A stretch of DNA of 37,153 bases from an uncultured virus (IMG/VR IMGVR_UViG_3300012009_000259) (IMGVR_UViG_3300012009_000259), one strand, 5' to 3'; shown: positions 1 to 10,473, counted from the stretch's first letter. Made by a program: numbers and translations. The notes: generated by a model not told the origin, from the letters alone.

Positions 1-82
1 CGCTGTTAAGTCTATATTCTTCCTACCGTTTTCAACATACGCAATTCCCTGCAATTCGATCACTTGCATCTTGATCTCCTTA

Positions 83-1555
83 TTATGGCAAATAGCAATC
101 TTCTGGCATGGCCCTTTCGTGACTACTGCACAACGCCGATGGGTAGATAGAGTTTACCTCCCATGCGTCGGCACAAATCTCAAGTCCTGGTGGGCACTCC
201 GAAGGGTAGATAGGGTCGTCTGACACAATGCTTCCCATTGTGGCCGAGAAGAAGTTGTAAGGTATACACCCACCACCGTCCCCGCTAGTGTAGTCCTCAC
301 AATAGAGGTCATATAAGTCCATCCACGCAATCATCATGTCCCTATATGTCTTGGCCCCTTCAGGGTCAGAATACCCACCCCCACAGGCGCTTGCGAACAC
401 GTCAGGAGATGGCCCTGTCTCAGTCATCACAAAAAACCTCATATCATACCCGATGCTTCTCCCATTCTCGTCTTGCGCACCCTGAAATGCGTCTTGGATA
501 TGTGCCCTGAGTTGCGTGCTTTTGGCAACCACATCCTCCACATTCTGCATTAGTGGCCCTGTTTGGGGGCCATCGCATAGTGCGTCAATACCTTCCGCGC
601 TATACATGTGGATGGTAACGATGGGTGTCAGAATAGGAGGGAGTACTTCCAAATCACCTGGCCCACCAACTGCCTCATCCCAGGCATTAAGGCGGTTCTC
701 CATGAAGTATCTGACGAATCCGTCATAGTACTCAATCTCCTCATCCATGCTTGGCCCAAATGATATAATCGGGGGGACTACTAGCTTATAGTCTGGGGTT
801 TTATATGTATCGTTGCTGGCGTCTATCTCGTAGATTGTGTTTAGCAGGTTAAGCAGCTCACTTGCTGCATATCTGCCCATGTGGTGATGGCCTGTCATCC
901 CATCCCCCCACCCTGGAAAAATCTCCTCTATAATGCCGCTTGGGGGGGTTATGAGAGCAGTACTACCGCCTAGGCAGGCATCTCTATTTGACGATGTAAT
1001 GAATTCTATCTCAGAAGGGACTACGGTTGACATGTCCCAGTCCTGACAAGCATTCACCTCGTTAAGGGGCTGGAATATCTCAACCCCGTAATTTTTGTAA
1101 AGATAGTCCATAGCGTTTGCTACAGGCTCCCAACCTCCACCACTCAAGTTCTGGTGAAAATGCACATTAAACCTGACAATGACCTCCATCCCCAACCCAG
1201 TAGACAGGCTGATTATCTGTCCGAGAAGTGGATGATCATAGTCATTCGGCTCTATAAATATCAAAAGTGACTCGTAACCATGTGACGCCAGATCGCTAAC
1301 AATTTGAAGGCTACGCTCTTCGTGCCACCCGCTTACCCCAGGGTGGATATTAAAGTGAGCACCCTTCAGGTCGCTTCTGCGGCTTGAGCCGGTATCCATA
1401 ACATAAACTGGTGGCCCACCCTCTAGGTGAATAGTGCCAATATCAGTCTCACTTGCTTCAATATGTGCGTCTGTAGTAGACGCAAAGATATACACTGCTA
1501 TCAAAAATAGCAGCGATAAGGTTAATGTCTCTTTCCTGTTTTTCTTCTTGAACAT
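83..1555 (-). CDS. Secreted protein, putative clan GH-A (TIM-barrel) glycoside hydrolase-like
   Basis: Signal peptide (MFKKKNRK plus hydrophobic stretch, ..TDA). GGAGG RBS precedes ATG at 1555 (ORF track starts 1573). FQPLNEVN and FVMTETG resemble the clan GH-A acid/base and nucleophile motifs. Confidence 0.5.
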   Translation of the reverse strand: MFKKKNRKETLTLSLLFLIAVYIFASTTDAHIEASETDIGTIHLEGGPPVYVMDTGSSRRSDLKGAHFNIHPGVSGWHEERSLQIVSDLASHGYESLLIFIEPNDYDHPLLGQIISLSTGLGMEVIVRFNVHFHQNLSGGGWEPVANAMDYLYKNYGVEIFQPLNEVNACQDWDMSTVVPSEIEFITSSNRDACLGGSTALITPPSGIIEEIFPGWGDGMTGHHHMGRYAASELLNLLNTIYEIDASNDTYKTPDYKLVVPPIISFGPSMDEEIEYYDGFVRYFMENRLNAWDEAVGGPGDLEVLPPILTPIVTIHMYSAEGIDALCDGPQTGPLMQNVEDVVAKSTQLRAHIQDAFQGAQDENGRSIGYDMRFFVMTETGPSPDVFASACGGGYSDPEGAKTYRDMMIAWMDLYDLYCEDYTSGDGGGCIPYNFFSATMGSIVSDDPIYPSECPPGLEICADAWEVNSIYPSALCSSHERAMPEDCYLP

Positions 1556-1679
1556 ATTTCCTCCCTGTGTCATTATAGGGCGTAAGCTATTATAAGGTGT
1601 CGGAATATCAGCAATTTGCGCATGTTCGCGTTTAGTAGACTATGGTGAAGGAGTAATCTATCAGTGAGGAGGATTTCGG

Positions 1680-3563
1680 ATGTGGCAAGGAAACAAAGTT
1701 ATACTAGTGGGGTCAGGTGAAAGGGATAGCCTGGAAGCAGTAGTTGACCAAAAGGTAAAGGTACTATCTTTCATACGCGCACTAAACAATAAAGGCGTCG
1801 ATGAAGATGCTATCTACTTCATCGGTGGGAACATAGCAGAGAAGCAGGCGATCTCCAGGGCTGCCGCTGAATCGTCCCACTTCCCAGTCTCGATTTGGGT
1901 CTGCCTAAACGACGAGGATAGACAGGTTAGGGGTCTCATGGAGGAGGGTAAGGTATTGCCGCTTGGGATTATACAGGTGCCACCTATTAACCTGAGACGG
2001 CAAATCGCCAAAGCGCACACCATGACGCTTGTGCGCATGGAGATTGGTGATGATGAAGAAGAGGAAGAGGCTGCTGCCGAATCTGCGGATGGCACAGACA
2101 CAAAGGAAGGGGAAGCCCCCCCCGAAGATGAGACTGTCAAGAAAGAGCCCCAACAGGATAGTTCTGCCAGTAGTGACGGTTCGGGCGTAGAAGACGCAGA
2201 CGGCAGCGTCCACAAAAAGCCCGACACAAGAGGAGAAGAGATCGAAACGAAGGAAGAAAAGGACACCAAAATTGACAGAGAAGAGGATGAGCAACCTAAG
2301 TTCACCCCTGTCAGCCTAGAAGAGATGGAGCAGGCACCATCGGGTACGGGAGATGCCGCAGAAAAAGACCCCATTCCCGAACAACAAGCAAGCCTGAAAG
2401 TCCAAGTAGAGAGAAAGGCTGTGGTAACAGGCACTAGTTTGAATTTCCCAGACAATCTCGGCACGCCAGAACTAAAAGTAGATGTTGAGCCCACGCGCCA
2501 GAAGTATCGTGGTTCTCAGATAGCAATGAACGTATATTGCTCCCCTGAGAGGATTGAGTCTATAGATGGTAGGCAGCCAACATTCACCGAGAATGTTAGG
2601 GTGGGGGGCTCCACAGCTCTAGTTATGCCTAGAATCAAGGGGAAGGAGATGTTTGTAGCATTACAGCCTGAACCTCCCATCGGGGGAGTCGTCTTTGTCT
2701 ACTACGGGAAAGAGGGCGGAATCCCCATCCCTGAGACTGCAACCCAATTTAACGTGAAATTCAAAAAACCTTCTGCCCCTGCATCGGTTATCGTGCAGGA
2801 GCCAATTAGAATAACATGGCCCCTTGAGGCAGAAGCTGGACAATCTGGAGCGGCTCAGCAGGTTGTGGGTGTTTTAATGCTTGGGAACGTGAGGCACAAG
2901 ACTCAGGCCCGCGTTCTAGCCGGAAGCAAATCGGCGCTTGTGTGGGAGTTAGACCCTCTTAGCCCAGGGGAGTATCGCGTAAAAATGTTAGGCTATGGCG
3001 GCCAAGGGGCGCAAGAGGCATCTCTAACATTCAAGGTCGTTACCAACATCGGCGGCAAAATCTCAACCACCATGACCCGCGTATATGGAAGGATACTGAT
3101 TACCGGTGATGCAATCGTGCCAGCAGTCAAAAAACTGCGCCGAGAGTTAATACAGGCAGACATGCCATACCAGATCATAGACATGACTGAGTTTGGCATT
3201 GCTGGTGCTACACCAGCCGAGGAAGCTGACGCCTCTCAGAATTTGGTACTATACGCCGTGCAGTCAGACAACCAAATGCCAGGTATGGAGTTCCACTCCA
3301 TCTTGGCCACAGGTTCAGGCTTTCAACCCGTACCATCCTCTCTTTTAGCAGATTTGCAGAAACTGCAAGGGCATAAATACATGGTCTCCCCCAGGGAAGA
3401 TGACTTCTTTGAGGGGCTGGAGGGTTGGGAGTTTCTGAAGCACGAATGGAAAAGAGCAGGAAAGCCACAAAGGGGCCTCAAGAGTATATTCGGGGGTAGA
3501 AGAAACAAAGAGGATGATTCCATCCTACAATATGTAGCATTACGGGAGGAAAGAAATGATTGA
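1680..3563 (+). CDS. Hypothetical multidomain protein with an acidic low-complexity linker and a probable Ig-like beta domain
   Basis: 627-aa ORF with GAGGAGG RBS. D/E-rich stretch at about residues 124-235. PGEYRVKM..LTFKV looks like a beta-sandwich segment. First gene of the VirB4 operon. Confidence 0.75.
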   Translation: MWQGNKVILVGSGERDSLEAVVDQKVKVLSFIRALNNKGVDEDAIYFIGGNIAEKQAISRAAAESSHFPVSIWVCLNDEDRQVRGLMEEGKVLPLGIIQVPPINLRRQIAKAHTMTLVRMEIGDDEEEEEAAAESADGTDTKEGEAPPEDETVKKEPQQDSSASSDGSGVEDADGSVHKKPDTRGEEIETKEEKDTKIDREEDEQPKFTPVSLEEMEQAPSGTGDAAEKDPIPEQQASLKVQVERKAVVTGTSLNFPDNLGTPELKVDVEPTRQKYRGSQIAMNVYCSPERIESIDGRQPTFTENVRVGGSTALVMPRIKGKEMFVALQPEPPIGGVVFVYYGKEGGIPIPETATQFNVKFKKPSAPASVIVQEPIRITWPLEAEAGQSGAAQQVVGVLMLGNVRHKTQARVLAGSKSALVWELDPLSPGEYRVKMLGYGGQGAQEASLTFKVVTNIGGKISTTMTRVYGRILITGDAIVPAVKKLRRELIQADMPYQIIDMTEFGIAGATPAEEADASQNLVLYAVQSDNQMPGMEFHSILATGSGFQPVPSSLLADLQKLQGHKYMVSPREDDFFEGLEGWEFLKHEWKRAGKPQRGLKSIFGGRRNKEDDSILQYVALREERND

Positions 3564-3846
3564 CAAAGGTAACGGTAGGTACGAGGGTCTTTTCCCCTAC
3601 GACTACCAAAAGCGACCATTTACTGCGCTCGCTGCTATGTTGGTAGGTGACCTGATATTTATAATATATCAAATAGTCGAAGGCGGCATCTTAGCTGTTG
3701 TCATAGGCTTTGCTGTCCTTCTGCTCCTGCTGACTTTTGTTATTTCGATGGGGGAGACAAGCGCCTTTGGTTCCCTGTTTCCCCCGAAAGAAATGGGGAG
3801 CGCAAAAGAAATAGTTAGGCATCTGCCCTGGGAAAAGGAGGAATAA
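3556..3846 (+). CDS. Small two-TM membrane protein, PrgI/VirB3-like by position
   Basis: Two hydrophobic helices; overlaps the upstream stop; lies upstream of the VirB4-like genes. Confidence 0.55.
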   Translation: MIDKGNGRYEGLFPYDYQKRPFTALAAMLVGDLIFIIYQIVEGGILAVVIGFAVLLLLLTFVISMGETSAFGSLFPPKEMGSAKEIVRHLPWEKEE

Positions 3847-3848
3847 GT

Positions 3849-4478
3849 ATGGCACGCGGAGGTTTAGTAGAATTCCTTAGGAAACTCGCAGGCATTGTAG
3901 TCCCCGATGCCGACAGCGTATCAGAAATAATCGCGCTAATAGATGAGACAGACGAAGGCTACTTCAATCTAGTAGGTGATTTCTTCGGAGTATATGCCTA
4001 TGTCGAATCTATGGATGAGCTCACGGATTTGTTGCGAAGTCTCGCAGTGACTCATGGTGAGGATGTTCAGATCAAGTTGTCGATAATACCTTATCCTTAC
4101 GAAATAGAGGCATGGGTAAGGGATTTGCTAAAAACAAGGACACACCGAACCGAGCAACAACGAGTGTTTTGGGAATCATTGATCTCCAAATATACCCAGG
4201 TAGGCTCCCCCCCCTTGGGTATGATAGTGTCCGTATTTTCCCAAAAAGAGTTGGTTATCAAAACGACCCTGTCCCAAATTAAAGACTATAGAAAGATGTA
4301 CCCGTTGAGGATGGAAGAACTCCAGGACATGTTCAAATCCTGGTTCCCGAATTCAACCATCGGCTATGGTAACGAACTTCCGAGATATGATGAAACGACA
4401 AACGAAGAGGCTTATTGGGCCGACTTATTGACGGAAGGAATGCACTTGTCAGCACAGGCCAAGAAGAGGGAGGAATAG
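3849..4478 (+). CDS. Hypothetical protein, possibly equivalent to the VirB4/TrsE N-terminal region
   Basis: 209 aa, AAGGAGG RBS, tightly coupled between the membrane protein and the ATPase. Confidence 0.55.
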   Translation: MARGGLVEFLRKLAGIVVPDADSVSEIIALIDETDEGYFNLVGDFFGVYAYVESMDELTDLLRSLAVTHGEDVQIKLSIIPYPYEIEAWVRDLLKTRTHRTEQQRVFWESLISKYTQVGSPPLGMIVSVFSQKELVIKTTLSQIKDYRKMYPLRMEELQDMFKSWFPNSTIGYGNELPRYDETTNEEAYWADLLTEGMHLSAQAKKREE

Positions 4479-4479
4479 T

Positions 4480-6168
4480 ATGGCAACTAAAGATAAGTCA
4501 AGAAAAAAGATGTCGCCATTTGTACAGGCGGCTTTGTCAAGTGTCCCGCAGACAATGAATATGGTGGAGGCGGGGCAGGTCAATTGGGGAAGTTATACTG
4601 CGGCCTTGAGTGTGCTTATACCTACCGAACGCAGTGTAGTTCACACCCCCAGAGACGCAATCTCATCTATGAGTCTGTACCCGATCTCGGCCTCTGAGGT
4701 GCTCCAGCACATTAAATCGGTGTACCAAGCGGAGCAGGAGCATATCGACAGGGCAAAGAAAAAAGGGCGAGACATCAGCGGCAGCCTAGCTATGCGTGCT
4801 AGAACCGCGAGGAAAGCACAAGATTTGATAGCTTATGGGAAAGGGGCTTTCTTGTCTCAGTTTACGTCAATGTCTATATGCGCTAACGAAAAGGCAGCAA
4901 ACGTAGCGAAGGAGAGGTTGATAGAGCGGGGTGGGAAGTATACTCTCCCCCTTCATGGATGGGTACACGCTTTACAGTCGGCATTACCGACAAGCCCCCC
5001 CAAGCCATTTACTGACCCGAAGGTGTTCTTCGTGACGACACCAGAAATAGTCGAGTCTACAATGCCGGTGCCAAGACTCCCGCGACTTCCAGAGATAACT
5101 GGTAATCCCCAGTTTTACATTGGAATTACCCAGGAAGGGGAAATGCTCACATGGTCTCCTTGGGACTCCACCAACCCTTTGTTGGGTATCTCTGGGGTAT
5201 CAGGCAGTGGCAAAAGCGTATTAGGTCGTCTGGTTATGTACCAGGCTGCGACAGTGGAAGGCATAAGAATGGTTGTTCTCGATCCCAAGGGCGAATGGGC
5301 TAATCAGTTTAGACACTTCCCCCCTAAGATGCGAGAGAAGATCACAACAATCAGCACAAGTGATCTATTTAAGCACAGCATACCCCAACCGCACGCCCTG
5401 ATTAGTATGATGTCCAGGGGAGAGATCGGAGATGCTCAGAGGCTTTCAAGCATGATGTCTCTCTTGTCGGGTTTTGCTTCCCAAGAATATAACGCATCGC
5501 TTAGACAGACCCTAAGCACGCTTATTAGCGAGGAAGAATGGGAAGAAATCACCTGGGCGAAGATATACGAGAACTTGCCTGAGAAGGCAAAAGAACCCTT
5601 CGCCATACTAGACCCCAAAGGCGCTTTCAAGAGGTTTTTCAATGGAGACAACCCATTGCCGATTGCCGAAAAAGGTGTCACCGTCATCGAGATGGAGCAC
5701 TTAACGGGCTCTTCCTCTGGAGACAAGGAAACCAATGACGCTACAACAACACTTATTTTACTAGCTATCGTCGAGAATCTCAAGAACGCGGAACGCGGCT
5801 TCTTCTTCGTAGACGAGGCACACTTTCTGCTGAAGTTGCCTAATGCCGGTGACAGCATTAGGGTCTTGATGAGGGTAGCAAGGAGTTACAAGGTAGCCGT
5901 CGCTCTTGCCTCTCAATACCTGAAAGATTTGTATGAAAGCACTGCGGCAGAAGAGTCCCTCGGTGGACAGTGCGCCTATCGTGCTCTTCTTCGCCCATCT
6001 GATCAGGAGACGCCAAGGATTGACGAATTTGGTCTATCAAAATACAAGAGGCAGATTAACACGCTGATGCAAAGCAGGCCTGGTAGCGGTCTGTGGTTTA
6101 CAGGAGGAGTAGCACGCCCCTTCTTCACCATGCTACCCAACGCGGTACGAGACTTCTGCCTCGCGTAG
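4480..6168 (+). CDS. VirB4-like (HerA/FtsK superfamily) secretion ATPase
   Basis: Walker A GVSGSGKS, VVLDPKGEW, Walker B FFFVDEAHFLL, and RVARSYKVAVALASQ (arginine finger plus SQ motif). Confidence 0.85.
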   Translation: MATKDKSRKKMSPFVQAALSSVPQTMNMVEAGQVNWGSYTAALSVLIPTERSVVHTPRDAISSMSLYPISASEVLQHIKSVYQAEQEHIDRAKKKGRDISGSLAMRARTARKAQDLIAYGKGAFLSQFTSMSICANEKAANVAKERLIERGGKYTLPLHGWVHALQSALPTSPPKPFTDPKVFFVTTPEIVESTMPVPRLPRLPEITGNPQFYIGITQEGEMLTWSPWDSTNPLLGISGVSGSGKSVLGRLVMYQAATVEGIRMVVLDPKGEWANQFRHFPPKMREKITTISTSDLFKHSIPQPHALISMMSRGEIGDAQRLSSMMSLLSGFASQEYNASLRQTLSTLISEEEWEEITWAKIYENLPEKAKEPFAILDPKGAFKRFFNGDNPLPIAEKGVTVIEMEHLTGSSSGDKETNDATTTLILLAIVENLKNAERGFFFVDEAHFLLKLPNAGDSIRVLMRVARSYKVAVALASQYLKDLYESTAAEESLGGQCAYRALLRPSDQETPRIDEFGLSKYKRQINTLMQSRPGSGLWFTGGVARPFFTMLPNAVRDFCLA

Positions 6169-6181
6169 ACTAACTATAACC

Positions 6182-6216
6182 AAAAAGAGGCCCCGTAATT
6201 GGGGCCTCTTGTTTTT
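6182..6216. terminator. Bidirectional intrinsic terminator
   Basis: AAAAAGAGGCCCC-gtaatt-GGGGCCTCTTGTTTTT between convergent genes. Confidence 0.85.
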
Positions 6217-6224
6217 GGGCTCTA

Positions 6225-7946
6225 TTAAGAAATTGCTTCGCGTATTTCCTCTTCTGCTGCTAGAGACGCACCACAGCTACCACACGTCCTCCTTGACGGG
6301 GCATTTGCGTTCCCGCAATAGGGGCAAATCTTGTCACGCCCCTCAGAATCGCCATTATTGCCTGACGAAGCCCAAGCACCTGCTGCGCCCCAATCATCCT
6401 CCGACTGCTGCCCTCTAGGCCCTACACCCCCTGTGGGGGTGTCCTGGTCTGAGCGTTCAGCCATTGAGTTCAGCTGAGTAAGCATTGTCTGGTCTACATC
6501 GCCAGCATCGCCCCCGCCACCACCCTGCACAGTTCGAACCTCATTCTCGACTTTTGTTCGACTGCTTTGCTGCGAGAAACTCCCACTCCCCTGTCTTTGG
6601 CTACGGGCTAAGTTGTTTAGCCCCTCTGCCACGGGGTTAAGCGCCTTCTGCATTATTTGTCCAAAGGCTCCATTATTCTCAACAGCTCGCCCATACTCCT
6701 CTTTCCATATACTAGAGGTGAACCCTTTTTGCCCCTGACCATAGGCGCTTACGCTCGAAAAAGTTACTCCTGCGAGATAGCTTCCTGCGAAGTGAGCAGA
6801 TCGCAGTATTACCATCTGTATTGAGTTGAATATGATGAGGGCGATAGCGGCAATAAAGGTCTCCATCATCATCCCCGTAAATGATGAGATGATCTCGCTT
6901 CTGCCGCTTTCAGTGGGTTCTTCTCCGACTGATGGCAGCCATGCACAGCTAGCCCCGCTTTCCCCCGTAAGGGCTTGACACACGGCCCCTCTTTCATAGG
7001 CGGTCTCAGAAGTTATAGTTAGGGCAGCTTTTACGCGCTCTGATTGTGCTGCATTGAACTGTGCCAAAGCGATAGGTGCAGCAAAAGCTGCCCCCCCTGT
7101 AATAGATGCCAGCAGCGGGATTACCACAACTGATAACAGCACGATACCGCCTACGTGCCTAGCAATGTTCCCTAAGTATGGTATCTTTTCAAGTACCGCA
7201 TACCCTGCGACACAGAGCAAGAATATGGGGAATAGGTTTCTCCCTATAAACTGTATCAGCATGATTAAGAGGTATGTGGTTTGATTTATCCCCCCTGAAG
7301 CAAGGATAGAAACAAAGTAAGTAAACGCACTAATACCTGTTATAGTCGCAATGTCGCTGTGCGACATTTTGACACCCAGGTTATTAGTGCTAGTCAGGTT
7401 CGCAGATAGCACTATTTGAGTCAGTGAAAACACGGGCACATCGGGAACCGTATCTTTAACGTTCGCAGGTAGTGCCCATTGAATCTCTTGCAGGTATTCA
7501 GCACTTCTCGTCTCTATCACCATACCTAGGAAGGCATTATATGCTCCCCCGATAATGAGCAAGGCAACTGTTACAGTAATCCCCACTTTCTGTAGCTGTA
7601 GAAATTTTGTAGAGTCTCCCTGTAAAGTATCTATAAATGCCTTCAAGGAAGATATGCCAAGGTATGCCAGAAAAAACAGAGGGATGAATGTGGTCGGTAA
7701 AGTAACCACATTCTCTGACAGAATGTCCCCGTTAATCAGCGTAAACGCACTACCCTCTTCCATCGCTATGAACACAGGGTCATACAGTGCCGTAGAGTTT
7801 CCGCGATCTAGCAATCCCCCACCTGCATTCTGGAGGATAACAAAGATCGCCAAAATAAAGTCGAATAGAATCGCTATCGACGCTTCCACGGTAACGGCGA
7901 TAGCGGTTAGTAAAAACTGACCTAGTACTGCCGGCAAGTTACCCAT
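6225..7946 (-). CDS. Polytopic membrane protein, VirB6/TrbL-like, with C-terminal zinc ribbon
   Basis: Many TM segments, a G/S-rich hydrophilic tail and a terminal CPYC-x10-CGSC; convergent with the VirB4 gene. Confidence 0.55.
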   Translation of the reverse strand: MGNLPAVLGQFLLTAIAVTVEASIAILFDFILAIFVILQNAGGGLLDRGNSTALYDPVFIAMEEGSAFTLINGDILSENVVTLPTTFIPLFFLAYLGISSLKAFIDTLQGDSTKFLQLQKVGITVTVALLIIGGAYNAFLGMVIETRSAEYLQEIQWALPANVKDTVPDVPVFSLTQIVLSANLTSTNNLGVKMSHSDIATITGISAFTYFVSILASGGINQTTYLLIMLIQFIGRNLFPIFLLCVAGYAVLEKIPYLGNIARHVGGIVLLSVVVIPLLASITGGAAFAAPIALAQFNAAQSERVKAALTITSETAYERGAVCQALTGESGASCAWLPSVGEEPTESGRSEIISSFTGMMMETFIAAIALIIFNSIQMVILRSAHFAGSYLAGVTFSSVSAYGQGQKGFTSSIWKEEYGRAVENNGAFGQIMQKALNPVAEGLNNLARSQRQGSGSFSQQSSRTKVENEVRTVQGGGGGDAGDVDQTMLTQLNSMAERSDQDTPTGGVGPRGQQSEDDWGAAGAWASSGNNGDSEGRDKICPYCGNANAPSRRTCGSCGASLAAEEEIREAIS

Positions 7947-7959
7947 ACTCCCCCTTTGC

Positions 7960-8319
7960 TTACTCAGCTACCGATGGAGCGTATTGTGATATGATAAACT
8001 CGAATCGTGATTGTTCCATGAACATCGCCCCCGAAGCGAGGCTTACTAAACTTTCCGACATAGCGCCAAGAGAGCCCCCCTCCTCAATATCGGGGGTTGC
8101 TGGCGAAGCCTCGAACTGGGCGGCCAGCACTTCGCAAAACGGGCCACAGTCATCTCCGCTGCCAGGGGTGCCCATGAACATCCAGATAAAGAGAGTGACT
8201 CCCACCATTACCCCTATCACCCCCATCGCCCTGCTCTGGTGTTGACCTGGAGAAAAGATCATGAGCAGGGTGTTGAGTATGAGTACCGAACCAAATAGAA
8301 TACCGACTATCGTTTGCAT
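7960..8319 (-). CDS. Small membrane protein
   Basis: Two N-terminal TM helices, GGGGG RBS, in series with the VirB6-like gene. Confidence 0.65.
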   Translation of the reverse strand: MQTIVGILFGSVLILNTLLMIFSPGQHQSRAMGVIGVMVGVTLFIWMFMGTPGSGDDCGPFCEVLAAQFEASPATPDIEEGGSLGAMSESLVSLASGAMFMEQSRFEFIISQYAPSVAE

Positions 8320-8396
8320 ATCGCCCCCAATAATTAAGCCCTATATGCCCAAAGATATTGAGACACATAGGGCCTTTAAGTACCTCTACCGAACTA

Positions 8397-8873
8397 CTAC
8401 CCCATGATGGAATATCCACCGTTAGGATTCATAACGGAGGCCCCTACTACGAAAAGTAGCCGGAAGGCTAGATTCAGCAAGTAACCAAAGATTCCGTTTA
8501 CGGACACCAATACCGCTCCGACCATAATTATCTGCCAGAAGTTACTCCTAGCAGTATGGAATATGGTCTGGGCGGAGTCATTGCCACCGAACCCGCCACC
8601 CATGCCGCCGCCATCATCCCCACCCAATCCACCCACTTTATCGAATAAGTCGAGGAGAGTGAAGATTTTGAAGCCTCTAGCCAATGCGCCGATACCACCA
8701 GCGAATATGGCAATGGCCCCAGAAATCAACACGATCAGGGACATAAAAAACGCCCCTGCCGAAGCCCCCGTATACCCTGTGTATTGAGCGGAGATGCTCC
8801 CAGGCATAGCAAAGACCCCTTCAGCAAACGTGTTATACAGAATATCAGCTAGTACTTCCAGTATCTCCATCAT
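8397..8873 (-). CDS. Membrane protein with Gly-rich loop, possibly VirB2/pilin-like
   Basis: GGAGG RBS; hydrophobic helices separated by a GGLGGDDGGGMGGGFGG loop. Confidence 0.6.
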   Translation of the reverse strand: MMEILEVLADILYNTFAEGVFAMPGSISAQYTGYTGASAGAFFMSLIVLISGAIAIFAGGIGALARGFKIFTLLDLFDKVGGLGGDDGGGMGGGFGGNDSAQTIFHTARSNFWQIIMVGAVLVSVNGIFGYLLNLAFRLLFVVGASVMNPNGGYSIMG

Positions 8874-8981
8874 AACCTCCTATGATTCTACCGCTTCAAC
8901 CTTTCTTAGCATTATATAAAGCGCGTATGAAACTAAGAGAGGTATAATACACTGTAAACGCACATGCAAACAGGGGGTAAA

Positions 8982-9917
8982 ATGAACTTCACCTCATACC
9001 TAAGAATTATTTCTCAAAAAGCAGAGCCTGGCTCCGGTGATCTCGCTGTAAAGATGCAGCGATTTGTACAAAGGATAACAGGTGGGGGGTTATATGATAG
9101 GTCTTCGCTTCCTACCACTCAACATATAGAAAAAGTTATCGTACCGAGAGCCATCGAAAAAGACCTTGAAGGCATGATGTACTTGATTGCTATGTCACCC
9201 ACTCACATGCAGAAGGTGTACAAAAGCATTACCCATAACCCCAATATAGATAGAGAGACGCGAGAGAGGTTATGGACAAAGTGGCAATCTGCCTGTATGC
9301 TATTACCTTACCTCCCTGAAGACTTCCCAGAGAAGGGGGCTCGCTACGCCAGAAGCCATACATTAAGAAAATTGAGGCTTTATATAGGGACACTTCTTCA
9401 TGTAATAGATGAAAACAAAAAGGGCATGGATGGCCGGCTAGCGGGTTATCACGGCGATAAGATAGGACTGTCTAGTGTGCCATTACATTTTAGGTATATG
9501 TGGGCACACGTAGAAGAAGACTTACCACGTTCTCTTAGAAGACCTATCCCTGTTGAGCCCATAAAGGTGCTATACGATAAGGGCAAGAGGAATATAGTGT
9601 TTGTCTCCCGTATCAACATGGGTGCGCCTGAGATGAAAGAGTACATGGCGAAAAAAGGGAATAGGGTAAAGGTCTCTACAGGAATGACCCCTAGCGAATA
9701 TGACTTGGGAGAGGCCTTTCTTTATTGGTACAGAGAGGATGTTTTGCTTAACGTAAGGGTGGAGGGGGTACTGAAGTACGTAAAACCACACCCCAACTTC
9801 ATCATCTGTATTAAAGACATACCTATGCTTCAAAACGTCGATGAGGGGCCTAAGAGACCTACGCCTGAAGGGGAAATAGCAAGGCATAGGGCGATAATCG
9901 CAAACCGAGACATATAA
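8982..9917 (+). CDS. Hypothetical protein
   Basis: Long ORF with TATAAT at about 8943 and a GGGGG RBS before ATG 8982. Confidence 0.7.
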   Translation: MNFTSYLRIISQKAEPGSGDLAVKMQRFVQRITGGGLYDRSSLPTTQHIEKVIVPRAIEKDLEGMMYLIAMSPTHMQKVYKSITHNPNIDRETRERLWTKWQSACMLLPYLPEDFPEKGARYARSHTLRKLRLYIGTLLHVIDENKKGMDGRLAGYHGDKIGLSSVPLHFRYMWAHVEEDLPRSLRRPIPVEPIKVLYDKGKRNIVFVSRINMGAPEMKEYMAKKGNRVKVSTGMTPSEYDLGEAFLYWYREDVLLNVRVEGVLKYVKPHPNFIICIKDIPMLQNVDEGPKRPTPEGEIARHRAIIANRDI

Positions 9918-9918
9918 T

Positions 9919-9944
9919 AAAAAGCCCCCCTCTGACAGGGGGGC
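9919..9944 (-). terminator. Intrinsic terminator
   Basis: AAAAA-GCCCCCCT-ctgac-AGGGGGGC between convergent genes. Confidence 0.7.
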
Positions 9945-9963
9945 AGAACGTGAAGATTGTCTG

Positions 9964-10359
9964 CTATTCTTGATGACGCCTAAAAAGCTCTCCCCCCACA
10001 GTCCCGAATAGCCACGTCAAAACATAAGCAACGGTGACAAATCCTGAGTTGAAATCGAAGAAGAGTATCACCACAATCGTAATAATCATTTCTAGTGATA
10101 GGTTAATTTCTGATACACCATCTCCCTTATCGTTCCTACCGAACTCGACAAGGGAGATAAACATTTCTCCGAATAGTGCCAAAACTAAAGGCAGAAGCAT
10201 CAATTCGGTTAGACCAGCGCCGTCTCCAAAGATTGGCGTATCAACCAAAAACATCAGATAGTTTGGCGCGATAACAACTGCTAAGAACAAAAACAAACTT
10301 ATGAAGAGTACAAATGCCATAGCCCAAAGCCCCATCTTGCCTATCTCGCGCTTAATCAT
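9964..10359 (-). CDS. Four-TM membrane protein
   Basis: 131 aa, mostly hydrophobic, AGGGGG RBS. Confidence 0.7.
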   Translation of the reverse strand: MIKREIGKMGLWAMAFVLFISLFLFLAVVIAPNYLMFLVDTPIFGDGAGLTELMLLPLVLALFGEMFISLVEFGRNDKGDGVSEINLSLEMIITIVVILFFDFNSGFVTVAYVLTWLFGTVGGELFRRHQE

Positions 10360-10444
10360 GTAACAGCCCCCTTTTTATGTTTTTTACGCTATATTATACA
10401 GCATCCTATCCTCATGGGTGTTACGAGAGCATACTTCGACACCG

Positions 10445-10473
10445 TTGACGAATATGCACCAATATGGTACAAT
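10445..10473 (+). promoter_or_regulatory. Sigma70-type promoter with palindromic spacer (copy 1)
   Basis: TTGACG-aatatgcACCAataTGG-TACAAT, 17-nt spacer. Confidence 0.8.

Noticed and set aside
1814..2494. Ser-rich 226-aa antisense ORF as the reason for the Ser tRNAs
   Set aside because: It is the antisense shadow of the Glu/Asp-rich linker in 1680..3563.
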